Assembly (NCBI GenBank): GCA_030429145.1 | Contig: JAUIDC010000001.1 | Location: forward strand, 427,204 to 467,203 | Source of the DNA: a bacterium | GTDB lineage: Bacteria > Patescibacteriota > Gracilibacteria > Absconditabacterales > Absconditicoccaceae | Length of the DNA stretch: 40,000 nucleotides | Direction: 5' to 3' | Shown here: positions 19,840 to 28,700 of the stretch, piece by piece | Position numbering within the stretch: the first letter of the stretch is position 1 | How the letters are laid out: the number at the start of each line of letters is the position of its first letter | The notes under the pieces: generated by a model | What the model saw: the letters and a program-made list of their open reading frames with translations, nothing else | What the model was told of the DNA's origin: nothing | Database searches by the model: none | Position numbers and translations under genes: made by a program

Positions 19840-19930
19840 GCATCTCATAAGACGCAGGGGAGAGAAAGGGGTGTTGAGTAAACATAGGTAAACGGCACGA
19901 GGCTTCGGGTTTTCCCGGCCTCGTTTTTTT
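19840..19930 (+). ncRNA. candidate small RNA (about 90 nt), function unknown
   Basis: Bounded by the promoter TTGTAA (19806-19811), 16 nt, TATAAT (19828-19833), and by a strong hairpin ACGAGGC..CGGG-TTTT-CCCG-GCCTCGT (19897-19924) followed by T7. It contains no ATG-initiated ORF, and there is no plus-strand gene downstream. Confidence 0.25.
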
Positions 19931-19935
19931 ATTGC

Positions 19936-21819
19936 CTATAAACTTCTCTCAGTGTACTCTTTTACTCTCTCTGCAATGAACTCGTTTGCTGAAAGAGTGG
20001 CTTGCTCTTTTGTTTTGTAGACACGAATAGAAACAGTCTTGTCGTTTACTTCTTTTTCTCCGATAATGGCGATGTAAGGTATCTTATCGAGCTCTGCATT
20101 ACGAATTTTTTTGCTAAAGCTGTCATCGCTTGTGTCGACTTTTGCTCTGAGATTGTTCTTTGCACACTCTTCTTGGAGCTCCTGGCAGTAGTCGGTGAAC
20201 TTTTCTGCAACTGGTACGAACATGATTTGTGTTGGAGCGAGCCAGAGCGGGAATACTCCTGCAAAGTGTTCTATCATGACACCCATAAACCTTTCGAGTG
20301 ATCCTGAGATAGCACGATGTATCACAACAGGTCTTTCTCTTTCGTTATTTTCATTGATAAATGCGAGGTCGAATCTTTCGGGAAGATTGAAATCACACTG
20401 GATAGTCGCTAGTTGCCACTCACGACCGATAGCATCTTTGAACATAAAGTCGAGTTTGGGACCATAGAATGCAGCTTCATCAACTCCCACTTTGTATGGA
20501 AGGTCATATTTTTCAGCAGCATCTTTGAGCGCTGTTTCTGCCTTTTCCCATACTTCATCGCTTCCGAGATATTTTCCTTCAGGGCCTCTGATAGAGAGTC
20601 TTACCCAGTAGCCATCAATCATCCCCATAGTAGTATAGAACTCTTTGATGATGCTTGCTACTGTTCCTACCTCCTGTGATATCTGGCTTACACGACAGAA
20701 GAGATGACCATCGTCTTGTGTGATAGCTCTTACGCGAGTAAGTCATGAAAGTTGTCCTGTTTTTTCATCACGATAGACAGTTGCAGGTTCGAAGTATCTT
20801 ACTGGCATGTCACGATATGAGAAAAGATTGTCAGAGAATATCTGCATGTGGTGAGGACAGTTCATCGGTTTCATGAAGAAGTCATCATCGCTTCCTTTTA
20901 CTCTAAAGAGCTCGTCACCGAACTTGTCTGCATGGCCTGATGTCTTATAGAGGTCTTCTTTTGCAAGGTGGGGAGTTCGGACTCTGCTATATCCCTTATT
21001 TTTATGTAACTCCCAAAGATATTCTTCAATCTCGCGTCTGATGATCATACCATTTGGCTGGAGAAGCGGTAGTCCAGCTCCAACAAGAGGAGAGATAGAA
21101 AAGAGCTTCATCTTTTGACCGATTACTCTGTGGTCTCTTTTTCTTGCTTCTTCCAGCATCTCTTGATGTTTTTTTAGTTCATCTTTCGACGCAAAAGCAA
21201 GCCCGTAGATACGAGTCATCATAGGATTGCCTTCTTTTGCTTGCCAGTATGCACCAGCAACTGTATCTAGTACAAACGAACCTGGGTCAATCTCTTTGGT
21301 TGTCTCTACGTGAGGACCTTCACAAAGGTCGAGAAATGTCACAAATTGATCATCATTGATAGCTCCTTGTTTTGCAAAGTAGTCAGAAATGTCTTGGTAG
21401 ATATTCATGTATTCTTCTCTTGCGTAGCTGAGTACTTTAGGAGCTGCGGCAGCAGGGATTACATTGAGATAGAAGGTGTAGTCAGTGATGCCTTTGTCGG
21501 CAAACTTTGTTATAAGCTCTTTTTTGAAACGAGAAGCATCGCCATAGAAGTTCATGATTTTTTCAGCTTCAGCTTTGTCTTTTGCCTTGTAGAAAATGAA
21601 AGACTGGTTTTGTTTCACAAGTCATTGGATAGTCTTTGTGAGGTCTTTGAGGTTGTCCTCACCGAACTCGATTCATTCGCTGAGTAGTACATCATAGTAA
21701 AATCAGTCTTCGACCGCAGGTCATGTTCCGAGGGCAACATGTGGGTCGATAGTTTGTTGTACCGCCTGCGCAAGGAGATGTGCGAGGGAGTGGCGGGGTT
21801 TAAGTATTTCAAGTTCCAT
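19936..21819 (-). CDS. thrS: threonine--tRNA ligase (627 aa), begins at the editing-domain HxxxH motif (no TGS domain)
   Basis: ATG 21819 to TAG 19936-19938, 1884 nt, joins ORFs 19936, 20743 and an N-terminal segment through 5 TGA. Motifs: RHSLAHLLAQAV, GFYYD, RDHR, MNCPHHMQIF, QLS(TGA=G)LTRVRAITQDDGHLFC. Confidence 0.92.
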
Positions 21820-21848
21820 GGTTACTATTCGTGATAAATGATAAAGAA

Positions 21849-21876
21849 AAACCTCATACCGCGATGGCAAGAGGTC
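21849..21876 (-). terminator. attenuator terminator (segments 3:4) in the thrS leader
   Basis: On the minus strand: stem GACCTCTTGCC, loop ATCGC, stem GGTATGAGGTT (one T-T mismatch, two G-U pairs), then TTTCTTT. It ends about 25 nt upstream of the thrS ATG. Confidence 0.6.
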
Positions 21877-21906
21877 TTTTGCTAGCAATGAGAAACTCTT
21901 ACCAAA

Positions 21907-21954
21907 CTATTGGGTTGACGTAGTCGTTGTGGTAAGCGTAGGCTGTCGGAGCAT
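21907..21954 (-). CDS. thrS leader peptide MLRQPTLTTTTTSTQ (15 aa)
   Basis: Sequence: ATG CTC CGA CAG CCT ACG CTT ACC ACA ACG ACT ACG TCA ACC CAA TAG. Seven of 15 codons are Thr, with five consecutive. It lies between a promoter and an intrinsic terminator, upstream of thrS. Confidence 0.6.
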   Translation of the reverse strand: MLRQPTLTTTTTSTQ

Positions 21955-21987
21955 TGGTTGGCTAGCGAATGGATAAATATTAGCTCA

Positions 21988-22016
21988 TTTATAGGGAAGT
22001 GTCGTTGAGGTTGCAA
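21988..22016 (-). promoter_or_regulatory. thrS leader promoter
   Basis: On the minus strand: TTGCAA (22016-22011), 17-nt spacer, TATAAA (21993-21988). Confidence 0.55.
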
Positions 22017-22097
22017 CAGTTTTTTTACTCTGTTTCTGCATTGAAAAAGAAGAAAGAAACACTAGATTTACGGTAGTTTACTATTGATGCGATAGAA

Positions 22098-22451
22098 ATG
22101 GCGAAACTGCTTGCTACAAGTACGCTTGGTATAGATTGCGGAGACAATGCACAGAATTTGGCCAATGGTCAATGTTCTTTCAATATCTATGAAACGGTTG
22201 GTATCAGAAAAGATCAGCCTGATACGGAGGTGGGAACTTTCGTGCAAGACGCGTTTCTTGCGGCGACATTTTTTATCGGTACGGTAGTGGCTGTTGCGCT
22301 GATCTACTCAGGCATCATGTATATCATGGCGAAGGATGACAGCGCTGCTAGCAAGGCGAAAAATGGTATCAAATGGTCGCTTATTGGTCTTGCGCTTGTG
22401 ATGTTCAGTTACACGATTGTGAGACTCGTGCAGTACATCGCTAAGGGATAA
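22098..22451 (+). CDS. TrbC/VirB2-like (T4SS-type) pilin-like membrane protein (117 aa)
   Basis: The C-terminal architecture is TM, Y.G, short K-rich loop, TM (FLAATFFIGTVVAVALIYSGIMYIMAKDDSAASKAKNGIKWSLIGLALVMFSYTIV). It is shared with the genes at 25570 and 26056. The N-terminus lacks an obvious signal peptide. Confidence 0.5.
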   Translation: MAKLLATSTLGIDCGDNAQNLANGQCSFNIYETVGIRKDQPDTEVGTFVQDAFLAATFFIGTVVAVALIYSGIMYIMAKDDSAASKAKNGIKWSLIGLALVMFSYTIVRLVQYIAKG

Positions 22452-22474
22452 TTTTCATCATTACATTATACTAT

Positions 22475-23056
22475 ATGTTATTTGCTAATATTTCTGCGGA
22501 CAAGATACAGTTCATCATAGACGGAAAGGAGACGCTCGTGGAGCATGGAGATCTGGAAAAGAGTATTGCTGATTTTATGTATGCTCAAAAGGCTATTCCG
22601 TCGGTATTTATCATCAATGGTCCTGGTTCTTTCACTAATCTACGTATCTGTAGCCTCGCATTTAACATGTACAATTTTCTTCATGGTGGGCAAGCAGACT
22701 ACTATTCTCTAGATAAACTCTCTCTCTATAAAAAACTATATCAACAAAATATACTTCCACGTCATGGCTATATCTATATCGGGCAGAAAAAAAACCGACG
22801 AAAGGTCGATCTCGATACTATGGAGCATGAGGTGGTACAAGAGATGAATGATGAGACAGTATTCGTTGATCAGGTATTTGAGGGAGAAGAGAGAGAGAAT
22901 AGCGTGCAGTTTGCATGGAAGAACGATACGTTGATCGTACATTATCAATGAAAGGAGCATGAAGTTGCCTTTAATGACCTCTGAGTAGAGCCTGAGAAGA
23001 CCATAGAAGCAAATTATATGATGAAGCCAAATGTGACCGTAAAGAAATTTCACTAA
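22475..23056 (+). CDS. tsaB: TsaB/YeaZ-like protein (t6A biosynthesis partner, 193 aa)
   Basis: ATG 22475 to TAA 23054-23056, read through two TGA. It has the diagnostic NGPGSFTNLRI motif (GPGSFTGLRIG in TsaB). Confidence 0.5.
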
Positions 23057-23060
23057 GCAG

Positions 23061-23088
23061 AAAGCCCTGGATATGCCAGGGCTTTTTT
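23061..23088 (+). terminator. rho-independent terminator
   Basis: Stem AGCCCTGG (23063-23070), loop ATATG, stem CCAGGGCT (23076-23083), followed by a T-run. Confidence 0.65.
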
Positions 23089-23183
23089 GTGTCAGTGATT
23101 TACGTAAAAGATATATGACTACAAGTTGAATTTGGTGGGTTGTCAGATATATTTGCGTGGTATTTACTCTATAGTCAGATGAA

Positions 23184-23750
23184 ATGGAAATAGATAAAAG
23201 AGTTCCTGCACATGCTAAAATAATGTATAAAGGCCAAAGACGAACAATCTGGCAGCGAGAACAACAGGGATTCAATGGAGAGAGTGAACTATATGAGGTG
23301 GCACAGAGATTTGATAGTGTACAATGAATAGTCATAGATGGAGATAAGATTTTATTGCCACAGGAGTTACATCCCCGCCGAGAAAGGGAGCAGATAGGGA
23401 TGTTTGGTGGAATGATTGATGAGTGAGAAGAACCCTTGGTTGCCATCAAAAGAGAGTTTTTAGAAGAGGCAGGAATGACGGGTGATGTTTCCCATTGGAT
23501 GACTAGGTCTAAAACGGGTAATATGATAATGGATATGCACTATTATATCATTAGAAATCCAATTAAAATACAAGAGCCTCGCCATGAACCAGGAGAAAAG
23601 ATTGAGCTCGTCCGTTTTTCATTTGAAGAATTTTTACATGAGGTGGCACAACCTAGGTTTAGAAATAGTGATTTTGCTATGTATATCATTACAGAGTATA
23701 TCCTGCCAGGGAAACAAAATGAGCTTAAAGAGCTATTATTTAGCGAGTAG
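23184..23750 (+). CDS. NUDIX hydrolase (188 aa)
   Basis: ATG 23184 to TAG 23748-23750, read through TGA at 23325 and 23424. The Nudix box is GGMIDE(TGA=G)EEPLVAIKREFLEEAGM, matching GX5EX7REUXEEXGU. Confidence 0.75.
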
Positions 23751-23790
23751 ATTGTTATTATATCTTAGTATTTAATTTGAAGAAAAATTG

Positions 23791-25455
23791 ATGTCAGTAG
23801 AATTAGCAAACTTATTGTTTCCAAATGTGGAAGAGACATTAGAGGACTTGATGAAGCGTTATCCAAGACGTCCTGAGGGACAGATGGTGACGCGTTTTGC
23901 GCCTAGTCCTACATGATTTTTGCATATTGGTGGGGTGTCTACTTGATTGATTGCAGAGAGATTTGTGCATCAAGACAATGCTAACGGAATTGTATTCTTG
24001 CGTATTGAAGATACCGATCAGGAGAGATCTCTTGAAGGAGGAATAGATCTTATCATTCAAGGATTAAAGAATTTCCATATTCAGTTTGATGAAGGTCCAT
24101 TGGGTGAAAACAATCAGGATGCTGGCAATTATGGGCCATATATTCAGTCGCAACGCAAAAACCTTTACCATGTTGTAGCGAAACATCTGGTAGCACAAGG
24201 AGATGCATATCCGTGTCGGATGACCTCTGAAGAGCTAGAAGCGACAAGAAAAAGCCAGCAGGACAATAAGAAAATTCCTGGTATCTATGGTTCTTACTCT
24301 AAGTGGCGTGATGCATCGTTTGATGAACAGAAGAAGATGGTAGAGTCAGGAACTCCTTTTGTTATTCGCCTACGTTCTCATGGAGACATGACGAAGAGGG
24401 TGAAGGTATCAGATATTATTAGATGAGATATTGAGATGCAGGATAATTTCTTAGATGTTGTCCTTATTAAGGCAAAAGATAGTCTGCCAACCTATCATCT
24501 GGCTCATCTAGTTGATGACTATCTTATGGGAACAACTCATATCATTCGTAGTGATGAGTGGTTGGCTAGTTTGCCATTGCACCTGCAGCTTTTTTCGCTC
24601 CTTGGTGTAAAACCACTACAATATGCACATGTCTCGCCGCTGCTCAAATTGGATGATGGAAAGAAGAGAAAACTTTCGAAGCGTAAAGATCCAGAGGCAA
24701 ATATTGAGTGGTTTTTTGAACAAGGTTATCCAGTCGATGCGATCATAGAGTTTCTTATGAATATCATTGATCCTTCATTTGAAGAACGACAAAAGAATAA
24801 CCCTGAAAAAAAATATACAGATTTCGTTTTCCAGCTCTCTCATATGAATGAATCAGGAGCATTGTTTGATCTAGTCAAACTCGACTTTGTGTCAAAAGAG
24901 TGGATAGCAAAGCTTGATAAAAAACTGTTTGTAGAAAAGTGCCTAGAGTGGGCTCACAAGTATAGCCCTGAGCTTCATGAGAAGATGGTTAATAATCAAG
25001 AGTATACATTTAAAGCACTCAATATAGAGCGCTGTACGGAGCTTGATCCAAAGAGATTTACCAAATTTTCTGATATTGTTGAGCAGTTGCCAAACTTCTA
25101 TGATGAGGTCTATGAGGCGAACTATGAGAATAAGCCAGAATTGCCTGAAAACGTGACACAAGAGATTATCAATAAGTTCGTGAGCGTCTATCTCGAAAAG
25201 ATGGACCTTCATTTAGAAAAGGATGCGTGGTTTGAGCAATTTAAAGAGATCGCTGCAAATCTTGGAGATGGGATGAATTTTGCTGGAAATAATAAAGAGT
25301 TTAAAGAGTGAGGATATGTGGGGAAAATAGGAGATTTAGCTATGTTTCTGCGTATTCAGCTCCTTTTATCAAAGGCGACGCCAGATCTTTCCGAAACCAT
25401 GAAAGTAATGTGAGCGGAGAGGGTGAAAAAGAGGCTTCAGAAAGCAGTAAAATAA
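23791..25455 (+). CDS. gltX: glutamate--tRNA ligase (554 aa)
   Basis: ATG 23791 to TAA 25453-25455 joins ORFs 23947 and 24436 through 5 TGA. Motifs: PSPT(TGA=G)FLHIGG (HIGH region), IEDTDQERS, LSKRK (KMSKS). Confidence 0.92.
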
Positions 25456-25569
25456 AATCATTGACGTTTTTGTGTTTTTTGATGAAATAGGGGTTTTTCT
25501 TGGTGAAAAGAGGGTTTTTTCAAAGTTTTGCTTATAATAATAAGTGTTATTCACCTTATAGAAGAGCTC

Positions 25570-26040
25570 ATGAAAAAACTTATTACATTGATCTTGTTGG
25601 TTGTTGTTGGGTGGTCGACTGTCTCGGCTATCAGCTTTTTCGATAATACGTCGAGTGTTTATACAAGAGATCAGCAAGATGCGGTAAAGACAGATGATAT
25701 CTGTGCGACAGATCCACTGAGATGTGGCATGGATAATCCAGGAAGTCGTATACAGGGACTCTATTACAATGGTCCAATTTCAACAGTCTATGAGGCGCAA
25801 AATCAGACGCTGGGATATGTGCATAATATCATCAATTGGGCGTTATCACTCCTTGGGCTGATAGCTCTTTGTTATCTTGTTTATCACGGATTTAATATCG
25901 TGTTAGGTGTAGGTGATGAGGCAAAGACAAAAGCGTGATGGAAAGGACTGAGGACTGGAGCAATTGCTATCGCAGGTGTTGCGTTGAGCTGGTTTATCGT
26001 GAGTCTTATCGTCTATATGATAGATCTGTTTATCCAATAA
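25570..26040 (+). CDS. TrbC/VirB2-like (T4SS-type) pilin-like protein (156 aa)
   Basis: Signal peptide MKKLITLILLVVVGWSTVSA. The C-terminus is TM, YHG, loop (GDEAKTKA-TGA-WKG), TM. One in-frame TGA at 25936. Confidence 0.55.
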
Positions 26041-26055
26041 TATTTGAAAACAAAA

Positions 26056-26520
26056 ATGAAAAACATAAAGCATAGAGGAATTCTTGGGTGGGTCATCGTG
26101 GCGATGATGAGCTTGATGCAGGTTGTGCCTGCTGTCAATGCTATCGATCGAGACCCATACTATCAGGAGATGGAAAACGCTGGAAGACCTACTGCTGATG
26201 CAGGAAGTATCGTTGGTGACACCAATCAGCAGGGTAGTCTTTTAGAAACGCTTCTTGATGTATTTGATATCAACTACGCCGGAGATGGGAAAGCATTGAA
26301 ATATGTACAGGTTGTGATTAATTATGTAATATCATTTGCTGCGTTTATTGCATTGATAGTTATCATCTATGGATTTTATATGATGTTCTTCCGTGAGCAG
26401 GATAAGTGATTTAGTTCTGCAAGGAAAACGATCATTGGTGCAGCGATAGCTCTCTTTGTGATAGGAATCTCTCGAATATTTGTTAACTTTGCGTTTTACG
26501 TGTTCAATAGAGGAATTTAA
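26056..26520 (+). CDS. TrbC/VirB2-like (T4SS-type) pilin-like protein (154 aa)
   Basis: Signal peptide ...ILGWVIVAMMSLMQVVPAVNA. The C-terminus is TM (FAAFIALIVIIYGFYMMF), loop (REQDK-TGA-FSSARK), TM (IIGAAIALFVIGISRIFV). Confidence 0.55.
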
Positions 26521-26549
26521 TAATATCTTATAGTTCATAACTTATTACC

Positions 26550-27260
26550 ATGGCATTTAAACTCTTTAACTTCGAAAAAGGAAAGATACAGAAGGGGCAA
26601 CGTGAGCAGGCTTTCAACACTGAAACGATGCTGCCTATTTCTGAGATCAGAGGAAATACAATGGTGCTGAAGGATGGTGGCCTGAGAGCTGTCATCAAGG
26701 TCTCTGGTCTCAATCTTGATCTCAAGAACTCTGATGAGCAAGAGATAGTCATCCAGCAGTATAAAAGATTTCTCAATGGACTGGATTTTCCTATCCAGAT
26801 ACTTGTTCGTAGTACCTATCTCGACCTGACACACTACCTCAACTATATGAAAGAAAATGTGAATGCGATAGACAATGATACGCTCAAGAGCCATGGAGAG
26901 CAGTATGTGTCATTTTTAGATGAGATTAATTTGGCACAAGGGTTGATCTATGTAAAGGAGTTTTACATCATTGTGCCGTATTATGACCAAGGAGGAGAAG
27001 ATGAAAATCAAGTAAAGAAGTCATGGCGACAGAAGTTTCTCAATGTGTTGGAGAGTAAAGATAGTGCAGAAAAGATAGTACAGAGATATCGCTCGTTTGT
27101 GAAAAATAGAAAATTTTTGGATACGAGATGTGCGTTGATTATGGAAGGGTTGAAAGGATTGAATATTGATACGGAGAGATTGGCTCTGACTGATATGGTC
27201 TCGCTACTCTTTAAGTTTTACAATCCGACCATGCATAACGATCAGGCAGAGACAAAGTAG
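26550..27260 (+). CDS. VirB4/TraE N-terminal-domain-like protein, no ATPase domain (236 aa)
   Basis: LPISEIRGNTMVLKDGGLRAVIKVSGLNLDLKNSDEQEIVIQQYKRFLNGLDFPIQILVRS resembles the N-terminal region of Gram-positive conjugative VirB4-type ATPases. The ORF ends at a true TAG and is followed by a terminator. Confidence 0.4.
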   Translation: MAFKLFNFEKGKIQKGQREQAFNTETMLPISEIRGNTMVLKDGGLRAVIKVSGLNLDLKNSDEQEIVIQQYKRFLNGLDFPIQILVRSTYLDLTHYLNYMKENVNAIDNDTLKSHGEQYVSFLDEINLAQGLIYVKEFYIIVPYYDQGGEDENQVKKSWRQKFLNVLESKDSAEKIVQRYRSFVKNRKFLDTRCALIMEGLKGLNIDTERLALTDMVSLLFKFYNPTMHNDQAETK

Positions 27261-27280
27261 TGTAAAAACCTTGTGATAAT

Positions 27281-27312
27281 AGGAGAGAGTGCTATACTCT
27301 CTTTTGTTTTTT
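27281..27312 (+). terminator. terminator ending the pilin/VirB4N-like unit
   Basis: Stem AGGAGAGAGT (27281-27290), loop GCTAT, stem ACTCTCTTTT (27296-27305), then GTTTTTT. Confidence 0.6.
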
Positions 27313-27328
27313 ATATAAAAAAGAGTGC

Positions 27329-28003
27329 ATGTTCGGGATAGTGGCGCTGATGTTAGGATTGCCTTGAGGTATGGCTTTGCAGCCATTGGTAGAGCAGGTT
27401 GACTCGTACGTCTACGCACAACAGGTAGATATTTTGACTGATGATAGTATCGCAAGATTTGTTGGTCCCAATGATCCGTTGACAACGCCTCGTTATAGGC
27501 CAGATGATCTTGTAGATTTGACCGATGCAGCATTTATTCGTGTGCAGTGAGGCATAGGATATTTGAGAAAAGAGGCCTTTGATCAGCTTGCAGATATGGC
27601 GTATCATTTTTATGAGGTCTTTCAAAGGCATCTGACAGTGGTAAGCTCTTTTAGAAGTTATGGGCTACAGAATATGCTTTTTGAAGCATATACAGAATCC
27701 CATGGGTTAGCGGCAGCAGCAACTTTTTCAGCATTGCCCGGCCGCAGTGAACATCAGCTCGGCTTGTCGGTAGACCTTTTTACCGCAAATGACGTAGACG
27801 CGGCTGGCTATCAGGGCTATTATGACCGGCTCAGGAAAAGTGCTCACAAGCGATGATGGACGCAGTCATATCAGAAATGATCCCAAATAGACTGATATAT
27901 TGTAGAGCCGTGGCATCGGCGCTATGTGGGAGAAAGGCTTGCTACAGAGCTATATGAGCAGGAATTAACCTTTAGTGAATGGGTAGAGAGATATAAAAGA
28001 TAA
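27329..28003 (+). CDS. VanY-type D-alanyl-D-alanine carboxypeptidase (peptidase M15B, 224 aa)
   Basis: ATG 27329 to TAA 28001-28003, read through 5 TGA. Motifs: VVSSFRSYGLQ, GRSEHQLGLSVDL, (TGA=G)WTQSY, VEPWHRRYVG. Confidence 0.75.
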
Positions 28004-28059
28004 ACATTGACTTATTTTGTATTTCGAATATAATAAAAATATAAACAAAAACCGAAAAA

Positions 28060-28410
28060 ATGAAAAAACTACTTTTATTGGGCTTATTTGTCCTGCTTAT
28101 TGTTGCTATTGTTTGCTCTACTGGGGCATTTAGGGATCTTACTCATTCCAATCAGAATGTTCGTACAGAGGTCTCAGACACTTCAGTTGTTGTTGCCAAT
28201 GGTTCAACCGCCAATGACAGTGCATTTATGCACAGATTGGTGGCCCAATGGGAAAGCTTGAACTGGGATACTGTTCAGACTCCGCTTACCGTACAAGATT
28301 CTCTCTTTATGGTCGATGCCGTAAAAACTTGGCAGACCTTTATTGGGGCGCCCAAGGGGGAGGGTTCTTTGTATCAGTGGGCTGACGCCTACATAACAAA
28401 GCACCAGTAA
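28060..28410 (+). CDS. hypothetical membrane-anchored/secreted protein (116 aa)
   Basis: Intact ORF with N-terminal MKKLLLLGLFVLLIVAIVCSTGA. I recognise no motif. Confidence 0.45.
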   Translation: MKKLLLLGLFVLLIVAIVCSTGAFRDLTHSNQNVRTEVSDTSVVVANGSTANDSAFMHRLVAQWESLNWDTVQTPLTVQDSLFMVDAVKTWQTFIGAPKGEGSLYQWADAYITKHQ

Positions 28411-28432
28411 AATCTAACAAGCATTGTTGTTC

Positions 28433-28462
28433 GGATGGTAAGTCTTTCTTGCCATCCTTTTC
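28433..28462 (+). terminator. rho-independent terminator
   Basis: Stem GGATGGTAAG, loop TCTTTC, stem TTGCCATCC, followed by TTTTCT. Confidence 0.6.
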
Positions 28463-28485
28463 TAAAAATTGTAGATATTTCACTC

Positions 28486-28516
28486 TTGACAAACACTATT
28501 TATAGACTACTATAAT
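28486..28516 (+). promoter_or_regulatory. promoter of the 45-aa peptide gene
   Basis: TTGACA (28486-28491), with either TACTAT at a 16-nt spacer or TATAAT (28511-28516) at a 19-nt spacer. Confidence 0.45.
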
Positions 28517-28538
28517 CTCACACCAAAGAATAAAACAT

Positions 28539-28676
28539 ATGGGAACGGTTCGCAGAAACCTACATCCAGGCACCCGCAGGGCTATTGCGGCTTGTGTGGT
28601 TGTAGTACTAGGCATTATTGCCTTCGCAGCGGTGCAGCTTTGGCCTAATATCCAAAAAGTCATAGCAGCACTTTAG
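28539..28676 (+). CDS. small hydrophobic peptide (45 aa, one TM): MGTVRRNLHPGTRRAIAACVVVVLGIIAFAAVQLWPNIQKVIAAL
   Basis: ATG 28539 to TAG 28674-28676. It has its own promoter and terminator. It is below the track's size cutoff and visibly more GC-rich than its surroundings. Confidence 0.4.
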   Translation: MGTVRRNLHPGTRRAIAACVVVVLGIIAFAAVQLWPNIQKVIAAL

Positions 28677-28700
28677 AAAAACTTATTATCAACGTATTAA

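Noticed and set aside
21820-22097. T-box riboswitch as the thrS leader
   Set aside because: I could not find the conserved T-box sequence (AAnnnGGGUGGnACCGCG), Stem I AG-bulge/distal-loop motifs or a specifier-loop context. The Thr-rich mini-ORF with 1:2/2:3/3:4 pairings explains the region better. An Rfam scan should still be run.
22736-23449. 237-aa minus-strand ORF overlapping tsaB-like and NUDIX genes
   Set aside because: It is a Cys/Ser/Leu-rich low-complexity translation antisense to two motif-bearing plus-strand genes, and it crosses a plus-strand terminator. I treat it as a shadow ORF.
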